Positions 1 to 10,223 are shown, counted from the first letter of the stretch. The stretch is 64,000 bases of DNA from Gammaproteobacteria bacterium (GCA_029884425.1 JAOUHV010000007.1:11358-75357); one strand, 5' to 3'. The notes: generated by a model not told the origin, from the sequence alone. A program made the numbers and translations.

Positions 1-318
1 TTGACGCAACTGTTGGTAGGCCAGCGTTAACTGGGTACTGACATTTTGTGAAGCTTCTGAAATGCTCTTTTGATCGGGGGACTGTGATTCCAATTGAAAA
101 TGGTAGTTATATATCGCAGACGAGAGTTGGTTGACAGCTAGCTCGTAGGGCAGCAGTTTATTTAGGGCGAAATTTGTTTGTTGCAGCGTCTGCTGTACTT
201 GATGGTGTATGGTGGTTTCGGTCTGCTGCTGAGACACGAAGGTGTGGTTTATCCCAATGCCAATAACCAACGACATGCCCAGCCCCACGACGAGGGCAAT
301 GGTATAAATGCGCCCCAT
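1..318 (-). CDS. 5' part of a membrane-anchored sensor-type protein (partial; runs off the window edge). N-terminus MGRIYTIALVVGLGMSLVIGIGI... is one TM helix followed by a Gln-rich periplasmic segment.
   Basis: Reverse-strand ATG at 316-318 is followed by an open frame to position 1. The hydrophobic N-terminal helix is typical of MCP or histidine-kinase N-termini. It is absent from the ORF track because it is truncated. Confidence 0.35.
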   Translation of the reverse strand, partial: MGRIYTIALVVGLGMSLVIGIGINHTFVSQQQTETTIHHQVQQTLQQTNFALNKLLPYELAVNQLSSAIYNYHFQLESQSPDQKSISEASQNVSTQLTLAYQQLRQ

Positions 319-539
319 GGACCACAGTTTTTTTTTCTTACTGCTGAGCATTAATGTAATTCCAGAATTTACAGATGGTTACGTGATAATAAAGCAGGGT
401 CTGCAGGCGCTGGGGGCGGCCTAAGCGCCTTGGCAGGAACCATGAAATATCCGCACACATATGCCTTCAAACTAGTGAATGAGAGCTACAGGACAGTGTC
501 GGTCAACAGGGGCAAATACATTAGGGGTAAGGATAAATA

Positions 540-1169
540 ATGGTGGAATTAAGTTTTCTGGCATCCAGCCAGGCGTTGCCCGGCAGGGTCGAGGTGATGG
601 CAGTGACCGAACCCCACGCCGTGACGGGACAGCCGATACTGGCCCCGTTTCCGGTGGGGTTGGCGCAGGCATATTTTGGATTGGGGTGTTTTTGGGGGGC
701 AGAGCGGTTGTTTTGGACCCAAGCGGGGGTGTGGACGACGGCGGTGGGCTACGGTGGTGGGTATACGCCCAATCCTACTTATCGGGAAGTCTGTTCCGGG
801 CTGACGGGGCATACTGAACTGGTGATGGTGGTTTTTGATCCTCAGCAAATCAGTTACGTGCAACTGCTGCAAATATTTTGGCAGGCTCATGATCCGACTC
901 AGGGCATGCGCCAGGGCAACGATGTGGGGACGCAGTACCGATCGGGCATCTATTTTATGGATGAGTCGCAGCAGCAACTGGCATTGCGCAGTCGGGAAAT
1001 CTATCAGCGGGAGCTACTAAAGTTCGGCAGGGGAGCGATTACCACCGAAATTTTACCGGCAGGCCCATTTTACTATGCCGAGGCTTACCATCAGCAGTAT
1101 TTGGCCAAAAATCCCGGTGGTTATTGTGGCTTGGCTGGGACGGGAGTGCCCTGTCCCGGGGTGGATTAA
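540..1169 (+). CDS. msrA: Peptide methionine sulfoxide reductase MsrA
   Basis: [10 protein letters not shown] active-site motif. The N-terminus SSQALPGR aligns with E. coli Msr[23 protein letters not shown] and GMRQGND(V)GTQYRS are conserved. Confidence 0.9.
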   Translation: MVELSFLASSQALPGRVEVMAVTEPHAVTGQPILAPFPVGLAQAYFGLGCFWGAERLFWTQAGVWTTAVGYGGGYTPNPTYREVCSGLTGHTELVMVVFDPQQISYVQLLQIFWQAHDPTQGMRQGNDVGTQYRSGIYFMDESQQQLALRSREIYQRELLKFGRGAITTEILPAGPFYYAEAYHQQYLAKNPGGYCGLAGTGVPCPGVD

Positions 1170-1648
1170 CGAGCGCGGCTCATGACGCGCTGTTTTTCGC
1201 GCTGCCAGTCACGGTCTTTTTCGGTGGCGCGTTTGTCGTGCAGTTTCTTGCCCTTGGCCAAGCCGATTTCCAGTTTGGCGCGCGAACCTTTCCAGTACAT
1301 CGCCAAGGGGATCAGCGTGTAGCCCTTGCGCTCAATGGCACCGGTGAGCTGATCAATTTCGTGGCGGTTAAGCAACAGCTTGCGAATACGGTTGGACTGG
1401 GGAACGATGTGGGTGGATGCGGTCAACAGCGGCGTGATCAGCACGTTGGAGACGAAGGTTTCGCCGTTTTTCACGAACACATAGGCATCGCTGATCTGGC
1501 ACTTGCCTGCGCGCAGGCTTTTGACTTCCCAGCCCTCCAGCACTAAGCCAGACTCGAAGGTCTTTTCTATGAAATAGTCATGGCGCGCTTTTTTGTTGAG
1601 CGCGATGGTTGACGAGGTATTGCCGTTTTTGTTTTTGGGCTTGTTCAT
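1166..1648 (-). CDS. smpB: SsrA-binding protein SmpB (trans-translation)
   Basis: [15 protein letters not shown]...[11 protein letters not shown]...GKKLHDKR match E. coli SmpB almost motif for motif. The start is trimmed to MNKPKNK (cat at 1646-1648). Confidence 0.9.
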   Translation of the reverse strand: MNKPKNKNGNTSSTIALNKKARHDYFIEKTFESGLVLEGWEVKSLRAGKCQISDAYVFVKNGETFVSNVLITPLLTASTHIVPQSNRIRKLLLNRHEIDQLTGAIERKGYTLIPLAMYWKGSRAKLEIGLAKGKKLHDKRATEKDRDWQREKQRVMSRAR

Positions 1649-1798
1649 AGGGCGGCTATTATAGCCACAAGCGCGGCCAATTGGCATAGCTTTGCGGTTA
1701 TGTCCTTGTTTGTAATGGCGGGAGGCCTGGCGTGGGTTGTGTTATGCGGCAAATTTACGCAAAATGCCAAGCAAAATTTTTCGGAGCTGGCTAAGGTA

Positions 1799-3160
1799 AT
1801 GAGCGAATCAAGGCAGTCTATCCATGGCGAATGGTCCGGTCGCTTGGCGTTCATCCTGGCTGCGACGGGCTCGGCGGTAGGCTTGGGCAATATTTGGAAG
1901 TTCCCGTATATTACCGGCGAAAATGGCGGCGGTGCGTTCGTGCTGGTGTATTTGTTGTGCGTGGCGGCGATAGGTATTCCCATCATGGTTGCCGAAATTA
2001 TGCTCGGTCGTCGTGGCCGGAGTACGCCAGTGAACACCATGACCCGCCTGGCTGCAGAAGCCGGTGGCAGTTCTGCCTGGAAGTGGCTGGGCTGGATGGG
2101 GATGCTGGCTGGCTTTCTGATTCTATCATTCTATAGTGTCATTGGCGGTTGGGCGCTGGCGTATGTGCCGGCGCTGGGCTCTGGGGCGTTTGCCGGTCAG
2201 GATGCGGCATTTGTTGGCGATCAATTCGCCAGCTTGCTGGGGTCGCCGCTGACGCTACTGGCTTGGCACACCTTGTTTATGGTTCTGACCATGGCGGTGG
2301 TCGCGCGCGGCGTTCGCGGAGGTCTGGAAAAGGCCGTGTATGTGCTGATGCCGGGACTGTTTGTGCTGATGCTCATCTTGGTGGGGTATGCGATGAGCAT
2401 GGGCCACTTTGCGCGAGCGGTGGAATTTTTGTTCACACCAGATTTTTCCAAGATTACTGGCACCGGTATTTTGATTGCCATGGGGCATTCCTTTTTCACG
2501 CTGAGTCTGGGAATGGGAGCGATCATGATCTACGGTTCCTATCTGCCCAAGCGAGTTTCGATTGCGCGGACAACGTTCATAATCGCGATCGCTGATACCA
2601 CCGTGGCTTTGCTGGCAGGCTTGGCCATTTTCCCCATAGTATTTTCCAACGGTCTGGAGCCGGGAGCGGGTCCGGGGTTGGTCTTTGAAACCTTGCCGCT
2701 GGCGTTCGCGCATATGCCCGGTGGGACGATAGTGGGCACCTTGTTTTTTGTGCTGCTGGTGTTTGCAGCGTGGACATCGTCTATTTCGCTGATCGAGCCT
2801 GCGGTTACTTGGCTGGTGGAAAAGCGCGGCATGACCCGGATAAAAGCATGTCTTTTCTTGGGAATGTCGGCTTGGCTGCTGGGTGTGGGTACGGTACTGT
2901 CGTTCAATGAGTGGTCCGAGATCAAGCTTTTTGGCAAAACGTTTTTTGACTCGCTGGATTTTCTGACAACAAATATTTTGCTCCCGCTGGGTGGTTTGCT
3001 GATCGCCATTTTTGCGGGATGGGTATTGCCGCGCCAGATTTGCCGTGACGAATTGGAAATGAAAGAGCAACTGGGTTTTCGGATATGGTTATTTTTGATT
3101 CGTTATGTGACACCGGTGGCGATTTTCTGCGTGTTTCTTAATGTGGTTGGTCTGATCTAA
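1799..3160 (+). CDS. Sodium-dependent transporter, SNF (neurotransmitter:sodium symporter) family
   Basis: RLAFILAATGSAVGLGNIWKFPY is the NSS signature and the protein has about 12 TM segments. The start is trimmed to the ATG at 1799, which is preceded by AAGG. Confidence 0.85.
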   Translation: MSESRQSIHGEWSGRLAFILAATGSAVGLGNIWKFPYITGENGGGAFVLVYLLCVAAIGIPIMVAEIMLGRRGRSTPVNTMTRLAAEAGGSSAWKWLGWMGMLAGFLILSFYSVIGGWALAYVPALGSGAFAGQDAAFVGDQFASLLGSPLTLLAWHTLFMVLTMAVVARGVRGGLEKAVYVLMPGLFVLMLILVGYAMSMGHFARAVEFLFTPDFSKITGTGILIAMGHSFFTLSLGMGAIMIYGSYLPKRVSIARTTFIIAIADTTVALLAGLAIFPIVFSNGLEPGAGPGLVFETLPLAFAHMPGGTIVGTLFFVLLVFAAWTSSISLIEPAVTWLVEKRGMTRIKACLFLGMSAWLLGVGTVLSFNEWSEIKLFGKTFFDSLDFLTTNILLPLGGLLIAIFAGWVLPRQICRDELEMKEQLGFRIWLFLIRYVTPVAIFCVFLNVVGLI

Positions 3161-3172
3161 TCGAGGCGCGCG

Positions 3173-3607
3173 ATGACAGCGGTAAAACGTAATGCTCTGG
3201 TGCCGTTTAGTGCACAACAGATGTTTGATTTGGTCGATGATATAGAGGCGTATCCGCAATTTTTGCCGTGGTGCAAATCAGCAAGTGTGCATAGCCGCGA
3301 TGCGCTGCAAGTGACTGCCAGTATCGAGATTGCCAAAGCAGGTATTCAGCAAACGTTTACGACGCGTAACCTCAATACCCAAGGCGAGGTTATTGAAATG
3401 CAGTTGGTGGATGGCCCGTTTCAGGCGTTGCACGGCTACTGGCGATTTCAGGCGTTGAACGAAAATGCGTGCAAGGTGTCATTGGATTTGGAATTTGAAT
3501 TTTCCAGCAAGGTGTTGAGCATGACGTTGGGGCCGGTGTTTTCCCAAATCTGCAATACCATGGTGGAGGTCTTTGTGAAACGTGCTCGGGAAGTGTACAG
3601 CGCATGA
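3173..3607 (+). CDS. ratA: SRPBCC-family RatA/Coq10-like polyketide-cyclase-fold protein
   Basis: 144 aa. It sits between smpB and an RnfH-family gene as in E. coli smpB-ratA-ratB. It carries the QFLPWC motif and a START/Bet v1 fold pattern. Confidence 0.7.
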   Translation: MTAVKRNALVPFSAQQMFDLVDDIEAYPQFLPWCKSASVHSRDALQVTASIEIAKAGIQQTFTTRNLNTQGEVIEMQLVDGPFQALHGYWRFQALNENACKVSLDLEFEFSSKVLSMTLGPVFSQICNTMVEVFVKRAREVYSA

Positions 3608-3948
3608 CGCAGCAACAGGAAATGATTCGGGTGGAAGTGGCTTATGCCCGTCCGGATGTGCAGGAAATTTTTGCGCTGGAAGTGGAAGCCGGTACCAATG
3701 CCGAGCAGGCCATCGTGCGCTCGGGGGTGCTGGAAAAATTTCCAGAAATTGATTTGGCCAACAATAAAGTAGGGATTTTTGGCAAGTTGACCAAATTGCA
3801 GCAACCATTGATCGCCGGTGATCGGGTGGAGATTTACCGGCCATTGCTGGCGGACCCAAAAGAAGTTCGCCGTCGTCGCGCCGCCGAGGGCAAACGCATG
3901 AAAAAGGGCGGTGGTGATGTTGCTAGTGGTGACGCGGTAAGTGAATAA
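3604..3948 (+). CDS. RnfH family protein (RatB-like ubiquitin-fold protein)
   Basis: 4-bp overlap with the upstream SRPBCC gene. IRVEVAYARPD...GDRVEIYRPLLADPKE is an RnfH-like beta-grasp. It matches the E. coli ratB/yfjF position. Confidence 0.7.
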   Translation: MTQQQEMIRVEVAYARPDVQEIFALEVEAGTNAEQAIVRSGVLEKFPEIDLANNKVGIFGKLTKLQQPLIAGDRVEIYRPLLADPKEVRRRRAAEGKRMKKGGGDVASGDAVSE

Positions 3949-3961
3949 CGCCTAGCTGGCG

Positions 3962-4267
3962 TTATTGCTTGTCGATTTTTGTGACTTTTCCGTCTTCGAA
4001 AAATACCGTGACCCGGCTGTGCTCCCGACTGTAGGGTGCCGCGCCGTCTTGTTTGGTGTAGATGTAATCCCAGCGATTGGCGTGAAACGGATCTTGCAGC
4101 AGCGGGGTGCCCATGATGAAGCGGACCCGGTCCTGGGTCATGCCCGTTTGCAGCTGGGCGACGGCATCCGCTTCGATGACGTTACCTTGCTGGATATCGA
4201 TGGTGTGTATGGTGCAAGCCGGCAGGAATGCGCTTACAATGACTAAATTTCTGAGGATCTTGCCCAT
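3962..4267 (-). CDS. bamE: Outer membrane protein assembly factor BamE (SmpA/OmlA lipoprotein)
   Basis: Lipoprotein signal VSAFLPACT. IQQGNVI...QLQTGMTQDRVRFIMGTPLL is the BamE fold signature. Synteny with smpB. Confidence 0.85.
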   Translation of the reverse strand: MGKILRNLVIVSAFLPACTIHTIDIQQGNVIEADAVAQLQTGMTQDRVRFIMGTPLLQDPFHANRWDYIYTKQDGAAPYSREHSRVTVFFEDGKVTKIDKQ

Positions 4268-4351
4268 GGGTGAAATTCATTGTTGAAACCAAGGCTAATG
4301 TTACCTGAAAGCCGACAAAAATATAACACCTTATAGAAAAGGATTATCGCT

Positions 4352-4759
4352 TTGGATAGTCAGGATTTGAAAAACGCCGGTCTGAAGGCAACCGGTCCCC
4401 GCATTAAAATTTTGGAATTGCTGGAACAGGGCGACAATGCCCACTTAAGTGCCGAGGATATTTACCGGATGTTGACCGAGACCGGCGAGGATGTTGGTCT
4501 GGCAACGGTATATCGCGTGTTGACCCAGTTTGAGTCAGCAGGGCTGGTGGTGCGCCACAAATTTGAAGATGGTCGTGCGGTGTTTGAGCTGGACAGCGGC
4601 GGTCATCACGATCATATCGTTTGCGTGGGCTGTGGCAAAGTGAAAGAGTTTGTCGATAACGTCATCGAGCAGCGGCAGAAAGAAATTGCGGAAAAAGCCG
4701 GATTTCAAATGACCGATCACTGTTTGTATATCTACGGCCTTTGCGCTAATTGCCGTTAA
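4352..4759 (+). CDS. fur: Ferric uptake regulator Fur
   Basis: LKNAGLKATGPRIKILELL...HLSAEDIYR...ATVYRVLTQFE...HHDHIVCVGCGKV..C.NC: classic Fur HTH plus metal-binding C-terminus. Confidence 0.92.
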   Translation: MDSQDLKNAGLKATGPRIKILELLEQGDNAHLSAEDIYRMLTETGEDVGLATVYRVLTQFESAGLVVRHKFEDGRAVFELDSGGHHDHIVCVGCGKVKEFVDNVIEQRQKEIAEKAGFQMTDHCLYIYGLCANCR

Positions 4760-4909
4760 TTAGCGCAATAAAAAACTTTTGGGCAACTTCGCCGTTGCCT
4801 TTAAAAAACTGCACTATAATTTAATCAGGGTCCGGTACAAAAGGGACCCGTGGGAACCGTCTCTCTCGAGACGGCATTTATGGAAGGTATAGCAACTCTT
4901 CTCACATGG

Positions 4910-4950
4910 CCCCCGCGGTGTGCGTCATGCACCGTGGGGGTTTAGTTTTT
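4910..4950 (+). terminator. Rho-independent terminator for fur. It is the third of three consecutive hairpins in the fur/spoVR convergent gap.
   Basis: cccccgcggtg-tgcgtcatg-caccgtggggg stem-loop followed by tttagttttt. The upstream hairpins gggtcc...ggaccc (4828-4849) and cgtctc-tctc-gagacg (4858-4873) may serve the minus-strand spoVR transcript. Confidence 0.55.
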
Positions 4951-6450
4951 GCTGGCCGCGACCTCATGTACCAGCGAAATTTTATTATCCTGATCGACAT
5001 TTTCCAGGCGCACACCAAATCCCCAAAGACGAGACAAATGCTTCATGACTTCGTGCAAACTGGAGTCATGTAATGGTCTGCGGTTGTACTGATAGTGTCG
5101 TAGTGTCAGGCTGCGGTCACCCCAGCGATTGACGTTATAAACCTGGATATTAGGTTCAATATTGCCCAGATTGTATTGATCTGCCAGATGTTGACGAACC
5201 GTGCGATATCCTTCGTCATTGTGGATCGCATCGACCATCATAAACTGATCTTTGTCGTCATCACGAATAGAGAATAGTTTCATATCGCGAATAACTTTTG
5301 GGGACAGGTATTGGGCAATGAAGCTCTCATCCTTGAAGTTTCGCATGGCGAAATCCAAGCTGCTGATCCAGTCACTACCTGCCAACTCAGGAAACCAGCG
5401 ACGATCTTCGTCCGTGGGATGCTCACAAATACGGCGAATGTCCGTCATCATCGCAAACCCCAGTGCGTAGGGGTTGATTCCAGAATAATATTTGCTGTCG
5501 AATTCCGGTTGATATACCACATTGGTGTGTGATTTCAGAAACTCGACCATGAAACCCTCGTCGACCAAACCTTCATCATACATGTGGTTAAGCAGCGTAT
5601 AGTGCCAGAAGGTTGCCCACCCTTCATTCATGACTTTGGTTTGTCGCTGAGGATAAAAATATTGTGCGATTTTTCGCACAATACGCACAATTTCACGTTG
5701 CCAGGGTTGAAGTAGTGGTGCATTTTTTTCGATGAAATACAGAATGTTTTCCTGGGGTTCTTTGGGGAACCGCTCGGCATTTTCCTTATTTTCTTTGTCT
5801 GGCGTGGGGATGGTTCGCCACAGTTCATTGACTTGGCTTTGCAGATATTCTTCACGTTCTTTTTGTCTGGCTTGCTCGTTTCGCAGTGACAAACGCTGAG
5901 GACGCTTGTAACGATCGACGCCAAAATTCATCAATGCATGGCAAGAGTCGAGTATTTCCTCAACGGCATCAATGCCATAACGCTTCTCGCATTCTGCGAT
6001 GTATTTTTTGGAGAAAACCAGATAGTCAATAATGGCGTCGGCGGAAGTCCATTGTTTGAAAAGGTAGTTGTTTTTGAAAAATGAATTGTGACCATAGCAG
6101 GCATGGGCAATAACCAGTGCTTGCATCGTCATGGTGTTTTCTTCCATGAGATACGATATGCACGGATCAGAGTTGATTACGATCTCGTAAGCCAGACCCA
6201 TTCGGCCACGCTTGTATTTTTTTTCGGTGTCGAGGAATTGTTTGCCGTAGGACCAATGGTTGTAGCCTACCGGCATACCCACCGAAGAGTATGCATCCAT
6301 CATTTGTTCCGCGCTGATGACTTCTATCTGATTGGGATAGGTTTGCAGGCGGTAGAGCTTGGCGATACGGCCTATTTCACGCTCGTATTCGTCAAGTAGG
6401 TCAAAAGTCCATTCTGAACCCTCAGAGAGCAGCTTGCGCTTCTCGCTCAT
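4942..6450 (-). CDS. SpoVR family protein (E. coli YcgB homologue)
   Basis: 502 aa, the typical SpoVR/YcgB length. It is co-oriented and overlaps the upstream DUF444 gene by 4 bp. This is the third member of the PrkA-YeaH-SpoVR triad. Confidence 0.85.
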   Translation of the reverse strand: MSEKRKLLSEGSEWTFDLLDEYEREIGRIAKLYRLQTYPNQIEVISAEQMMDAYSSVGMPVGYNHWSYGKQFLDTEKKYKRGRMGLAYEIVINSDPCISYLMEENTMTMQALVIAHACYGHNSFFKNNYLFKQWTSADAIIDYLVFSKKYIAECEKRYGIDAVEEILDSCHALMNFGVDRYKRPQRLSLRNEQARQKEREEYLQSQVNELWRTIPTPDKENKENAERFPKEPQENILYFIEKNAPLLQPWQREIVRIVRKIAQYFYPQRQTKVMNEGWATFWHYTLLNHMYDEGLVDEGFMVEFLKSHTNVVYQPEFDSKYYSGINPYALGFAMMTDIRRICEHPTDEDRRWFPELAGSDWISSLDFAMRNFKDESFIAQYLSPKVIRDMKLFSIRDDDKDQFMMVDAIHNDEGYRTVRQHLADQYNLGNIEPNIQVYNVNRWGDRSLTLRHYQYNRRPLHDSSLHEVMKHLSRLWGFGVRLENVDQDNKISLVHEVAASKN

Positions 6451-7721
6451 GACTTCACCTCAGTTTGTCTTTTGAACAGCTCGCGGAAGACAGGGTATAT
6501 GTCTGCCGCAGAATCAATTTGCTGCATGGCGAAATGTGGGTGACTGCTACGTAGTCGCTGGTATTGATGCCAGAGACTTTGATGCTGATCCGGTGTTATT
6601 TCGACATAGGCAAAGTATTGCACCAAGGGAAGAAGTTTGCTGTCCATGATGTTGTGGCAGAGTGAAGAATCATCATGCCAGTTGTCGCCATCCGAAGCTT
6701 GCGCGACGTACACATTCCAGTCATCGCTGGTGTAACGATCACTGATAATGTCGTGCGCCAGGTTGAGAGCGCTAGAAACCACGGTTCCGCCTGTTTCACG
6801 AGAATAGAAGAATTCCTGTTCGTCAACTTCACGTGCGGTGGTGTGATGGCAAACAAAAACGATCTCTATTTTTTCATAGTTCCTGGTTAAGAACAGATAC
6901 AGCAGGATAAAGAACCGCTTCGCCAATTCTTTTTTAAGCTGATCCATGGAGCCTGACACGTCCATGATGCATATCATGGCTGCTTGTGTCGTTGGCTTTG
7001 GGACTTCAATTCTGTTGTTATATCTAAGATCAAAAGTATCGATGAAAGGTATTGCTGATATTTTCTTCTTAACAATTTCTATCTCGCGCTTTAGATCGAT
7101 AATAATAGGATCAGTTTCAGCGTGGGACAGCAGTAGTTCTTCGAGCTTGTCCTCCAGTTCTTTCAGTTTTCTTTTGTGCGGGCCACGAAGGGCGATGCGT
7201 CTGGCCTTTGCGCCTCGCAGGGATCTAACCACATTGATGTTTGTTGGAACGCCGTTTTGGGTGTAACCGGCGCGAACCCTGTTTTTGTCGTAAATGGTGG
7301 CTAGTTTTGTTTTGACGAGATTGGGTAGTTCAAGATCCTCAAAGAAAAATTCCATGAATTCTTCTTTGCTTAGCTCGAAAACAAAATCATCCTCACCGCT
7401 GCCGTCATTGCTGGCCTTGTTTCCCTGGCCTTGACCACTGCCGCCGCTAGGGCGCTTTATTTTGTCACCAGTGGAAAACTGTTTGTTGCCAGGGCTGACG
7501 ATAGTTCTATCGCCGCCCTGACCGTGATGGATGACAGGTTCAGAGATGTCTTTTGAAGGAATGGTGATGGTTTCTCCGCCCTCAATATCAGATATTTTTC
7601 TGCCAGATATAGCGTTGCTGACAGCCTTTTTAATCTGAGTCTTGAAGCGGCGGAGAAAGCGCTGCCGATTCACAGCGCTTTTGTTTTTGCCGTTTAGTCG
7701 TCTGTCTATAATGCGAGACAA
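6447..7721 (-). CDS. yeaH: YeaH/DUF444 family protein (vWA-like, stress-response partner of PrkA)
   Basis: 424 aa. It has an N-terminal basic region, a Gly/Ser-rich linker and a C-terminal vWA-like fold with the MIC(I)MDVSGSM MIDAS motif. It lies between prkA and spoVR. Confidence 0.85.
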   Translation of the reverse strand: MSRIIDRRLNGKNKSAVNRQRFLRRFKTQIKKAVSNAISGRKISDIEGGETITIPSKDISEPVIHHGQGGDRTIVSPGNKQFSTGDKIKRPSGGSGQGQGNKASNDGSGEDDFVFELSKEEFMEFFFEDLELPNLVKTKLATIYDKNRVRAGYTQNGVPTNINVVRSLRGAKARRIALRGPHKRKLKELEDKLEELLLSHAETDPIIIDLKREIEIVKKKISAIPFIDTFDLRYNNRIEVPKPTTQAAMICIMDVSGSMDQLKKELAKRFFILLYLFLTRNYEKIEIVFVCHHTTAREVDEQEFFYSRETGGTVVSSALNLAHDIISDRYTSDDWNVYVAQASDGDNWHDDSSLCHNIMDSKLLPLVQYFAYVEITPDQHQSLWHQYQRLRSSHPHFAMQQIDSAADIYPVFRELFKRQTEVKS

Positions 7722-7738
7722 GGGACACCTCGATTTGT

Positions 7739-9661
7739 TTAGGAGGATTTACGTACACGCAGATACCATTCGCAAAGCAGACGGACCTGTTTGGCTGTGT
7801 AGCCTTTTTCTGTCATGCGGTTAACAAAATCCTCGTGCTTCCTCTTGTCTTCTCCCGATGATTTGGGATTGAACGAAATGACAGGAAGCAAATCTTCGGT
7901 GTTCGAGAACATTTTCTTCTCGATGACATTACGAAGTTTCTCGTAGCTGGTCCATTTCGGATTCTTTCCGTTGTTGTTGGCTCTGGCGCGAAGCACAAAG
8001 TTAACAATTTCATTGCGGAAATCTTTCGGATTGGAAATTCCAGCGGGTTTCTCAATTTTTTCAAGTTCTTCATTGAGAGCCGAGCGGTTGAAGATTTCGC
8101 CAGTGTCAGGATCCCGGTATTCTTCATCTTGAATCCAGTAATCCGCATAGGTGACGTAGCGGTCGAAAATATTCTGACCGTATTCGGAATAGGACTCAAG
8201 ATAGGCGGTCTGAATTTCTTTGCCGATGAATCCAATGTATTCAGGAACCAGCATGCCCTTGATGTAGGATAGGTAGCGTTCCTCAACTTCGCTGGGGAAC
8301 TGTTCCTGCTCAATTTGTTGTTCTAGAACATACAGCAGATGCACAGGGTTGGCAGCTACTTCAGTATTGTCATAGTTGAATACGCGGGACAGTATTTTGA
8401 ATGAAAAACGGGTAGACAACCCATTCATTCCCTCGTCGACGCCGGCGAAATCCCGGTATTCCTGATAGGATTTGGCATTTGGGTCGGTGTCTTTCAGGCT
8501 TTCACCATCATAGACTTTCATTTTCGAGAAAATGCTGGAATTCTCTGGCTCTTTCAGTCGTGTTAGCACAGAGAATTGCGCTAGCATTTTCAACGTGTCT
8601 GGTGCGCATGGCGAATTGGCCAGTGAGCTATTGCGCAGCAGTTTTTCGTAAATTCTGATTTCTTCAGAGTACCGCAAACAGTAAGGCACTTTGACAATGT
8701 ATATCCGATCGAGGAATGCCTCGTTATTTTTATTGTTGCGGAATGCAACCCACTCGGATTCGTTGGAGTGGGCAAGTACGACACCATCAAACGGTATAGC
8801 ACCTAAGCCCTCGGTTCCTTTGTAGTTGTGTTCCTGGGTTGCAGTCAGTAATGGATGCAATACTTTGATAGGCGCTTTAAACATTTCCACGAATTCCAGC
8901 AAACCCTGGTTTGCTTGGCACAGGCCACCCGAGTAGCTGTACGCGTCTGGATCGTCTTGGGCAAACATTTCCAATTTCCGAATGTCTATTTTTCCGACCA
9001 GTGAGGAAATGTCTTGATTGTTCTCATCGCCAGGTTCAGTTTTGGCAATGCATTTTTGTTGAAGAATGGAAGGCCATAGTTTAACGACTTTGAATTTTGA
9101 AATATCACCGCCGTATTCATGCAGGCGTTTTACTGCCCATGGCGACAGAATGGTGCTGAGGTAGCGCGAGTTGATGCCGTACTCTTCCTGCAAAATCTTT
9201 CCGTCTTCGGCAGGATTGAATAATCCCAGCGGAGATTCGTTGACCGGTGAACCCTTTAAGGCGTAAACCGGATATTTTTCCATCAGTGATTTTAATTTTT
9301 CAGCCAAGGAGGATTTGCCGCCACCTACTGGACCCAGTAGATATAGAATTTGTTTGGCTTCTTCCAATCCTTGCGCCGCGTGTTTGAAGTAGGCGACGAT
9401 TTTTTCTACGGTGTCTTCCATGCCGTAAAAATCTCTGAAAGCAGGGTAGATGTTTATGACGCGGTTTGAGAAAAGTCGACTCAGGCGTTGGTCATTGCGT
9501 GTGTCAATTTGCTCAGGTTCGCCGATGGCGGCCAACATGCGCTCCGCAGAGCTGGCATAGACCATTGGATCTTTTTTGCACAGGTCGAGATATTCTTGTA
9601 GCGTGAATTCTTCTTCCTGGGATTTTTCATAGCGCGTCATGTAATGTTTAAAAATGCTCAT
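7739..9661 (-). CDS. prkA: PrkA family serine protein kinase (YeaG)
   Basis: 640 aa. Walker A GPVGGGKSSLAEKLK near the N-terminal AAA region plus a C-terminal PrkA kinase domain. This is the hallmark YeaG/PrkA architecture. Confidence 0.9.
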   Translation of the reverse strand: MSIFKHYMTRYEKSQEEEFTLQEYLDLCKKDPMVYASSAERMLAAIGEPEQIDTRNDQRLSRLFSNRVINIYPAFRDFYGMEDTVEKIVAYFKHAAQGLEEAKQILYLLGPVGGGKSSLAEKLKSLMEKYPVYALKGSPVNESPLGLFNPAEDGKILQEEYGINSRYLSTILSPWAVKRLHEYGGDISKFKVVKLWPSILQQKCIAKTEPGDENNQDISSLVGKIDIRKLEMFAQDDPDAYSYSGGLCQANQGLLEFVEMFKAPIKVLHPLLTATQEHNYKGTEGLGAIPFDGVVLAHSNESEWVAFRNNKNNEAFLDRIYIVKVPYCLRYSEEIRIYEKLLRNSSLANSPCAPDTLKMLAQFSVLTRLKEPENSSIFSKMKVYDGESLKDTDPNAKSYQEYRDFAGVDEGMNGLSTRFSFKILSRVFNYDNTEVAANPVHLLYVLEQQIEQEQFPSEVEERYLSYIKGMLVPEYIGFIGKEIQTAYLESYSEYGQNIFDRYVTYADYWIQDEEYRDPDTGEIFNRSALNEELEKIEKPAGISNPKDFRNEIVNFVLRARANNNGKNPKWTSYEKLRNVIEKKMFSNTEDLLPVISFNPKSSGEDKRKHEDFVNRMTEKGYTAKQVRLLCEWYLRVRKSS

Positions 9662-10223
9662 GACCTTTACCTCCGGATGGTTATGCTAACACTGTGTGGG
9701 ATATTTGGTGATATTTCTCCCTTTCCTTAAGTGATGGGGAGCAAGAAGCAAGCCAGGAAAAATTGAACAAAAACAATGTCGAACACTTGACGCCGTTCGG
9801 CGTGTTTCCCAGCGATTTCTGACAAACGAGCCAAAAAAACGGCAAAACGCCGTATCGCACCTATGACAGTATAAAGTATCGGCTGTTGGATTGATTAATC
9901 TATAGACGCAGGTCATGGCTTAAATAAATTTAATGACGATGCTATGTCCATAAAAAATTCCGAGTTGCCCTGAGGGGGTTATTGGTCATAATGAGAGGAC
10001 GGTCAGCATCCGGAATGTTGTGTCGATTGTGTTGAGGATGTAAAAAAATAGCCGTTTTTCCGGGGTTACTGCGAACCATCGTGGCTGACTGACGTCATAC
10101 TTTTATCCATCTTTATTGACGGTGTTCTTTTGCGGTGAACACCTCATGTTCTTTGTGTACGATCATCGTTGTTTAGTTGTGACGGTGGGGATGCACAAGC
10201 GTATGAAATAGGAGGAAATAGTA

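Noticed and set aside
1166-1800. Expected tmRNA (ssrA) near smpB
   Set aside because: The 150-nt smpB upstream gap (1649-1798) is too short for the ~360-nt tmRNA and shows no tRNA-like 3' end. ssrA must be elsewhere.
2255-3070. 271-aa minus-strand ORF (His/Arg/Gln-rich) inside the SNF transporter gene
   Set aside because: It is fully nested antisense within a well-supported 12-TM transporter gene. Its low-complexity basic composition is typical of spurious antisense ORFs in GC-balanced genes.
9686-9916. 76-aa Cys/Arg-rich ORF in the prkA-hpf intergenic region
   Set aside because: It has no SD and an odd composition, and it lies in what should be promoter DNA. It is treated as non-coding.
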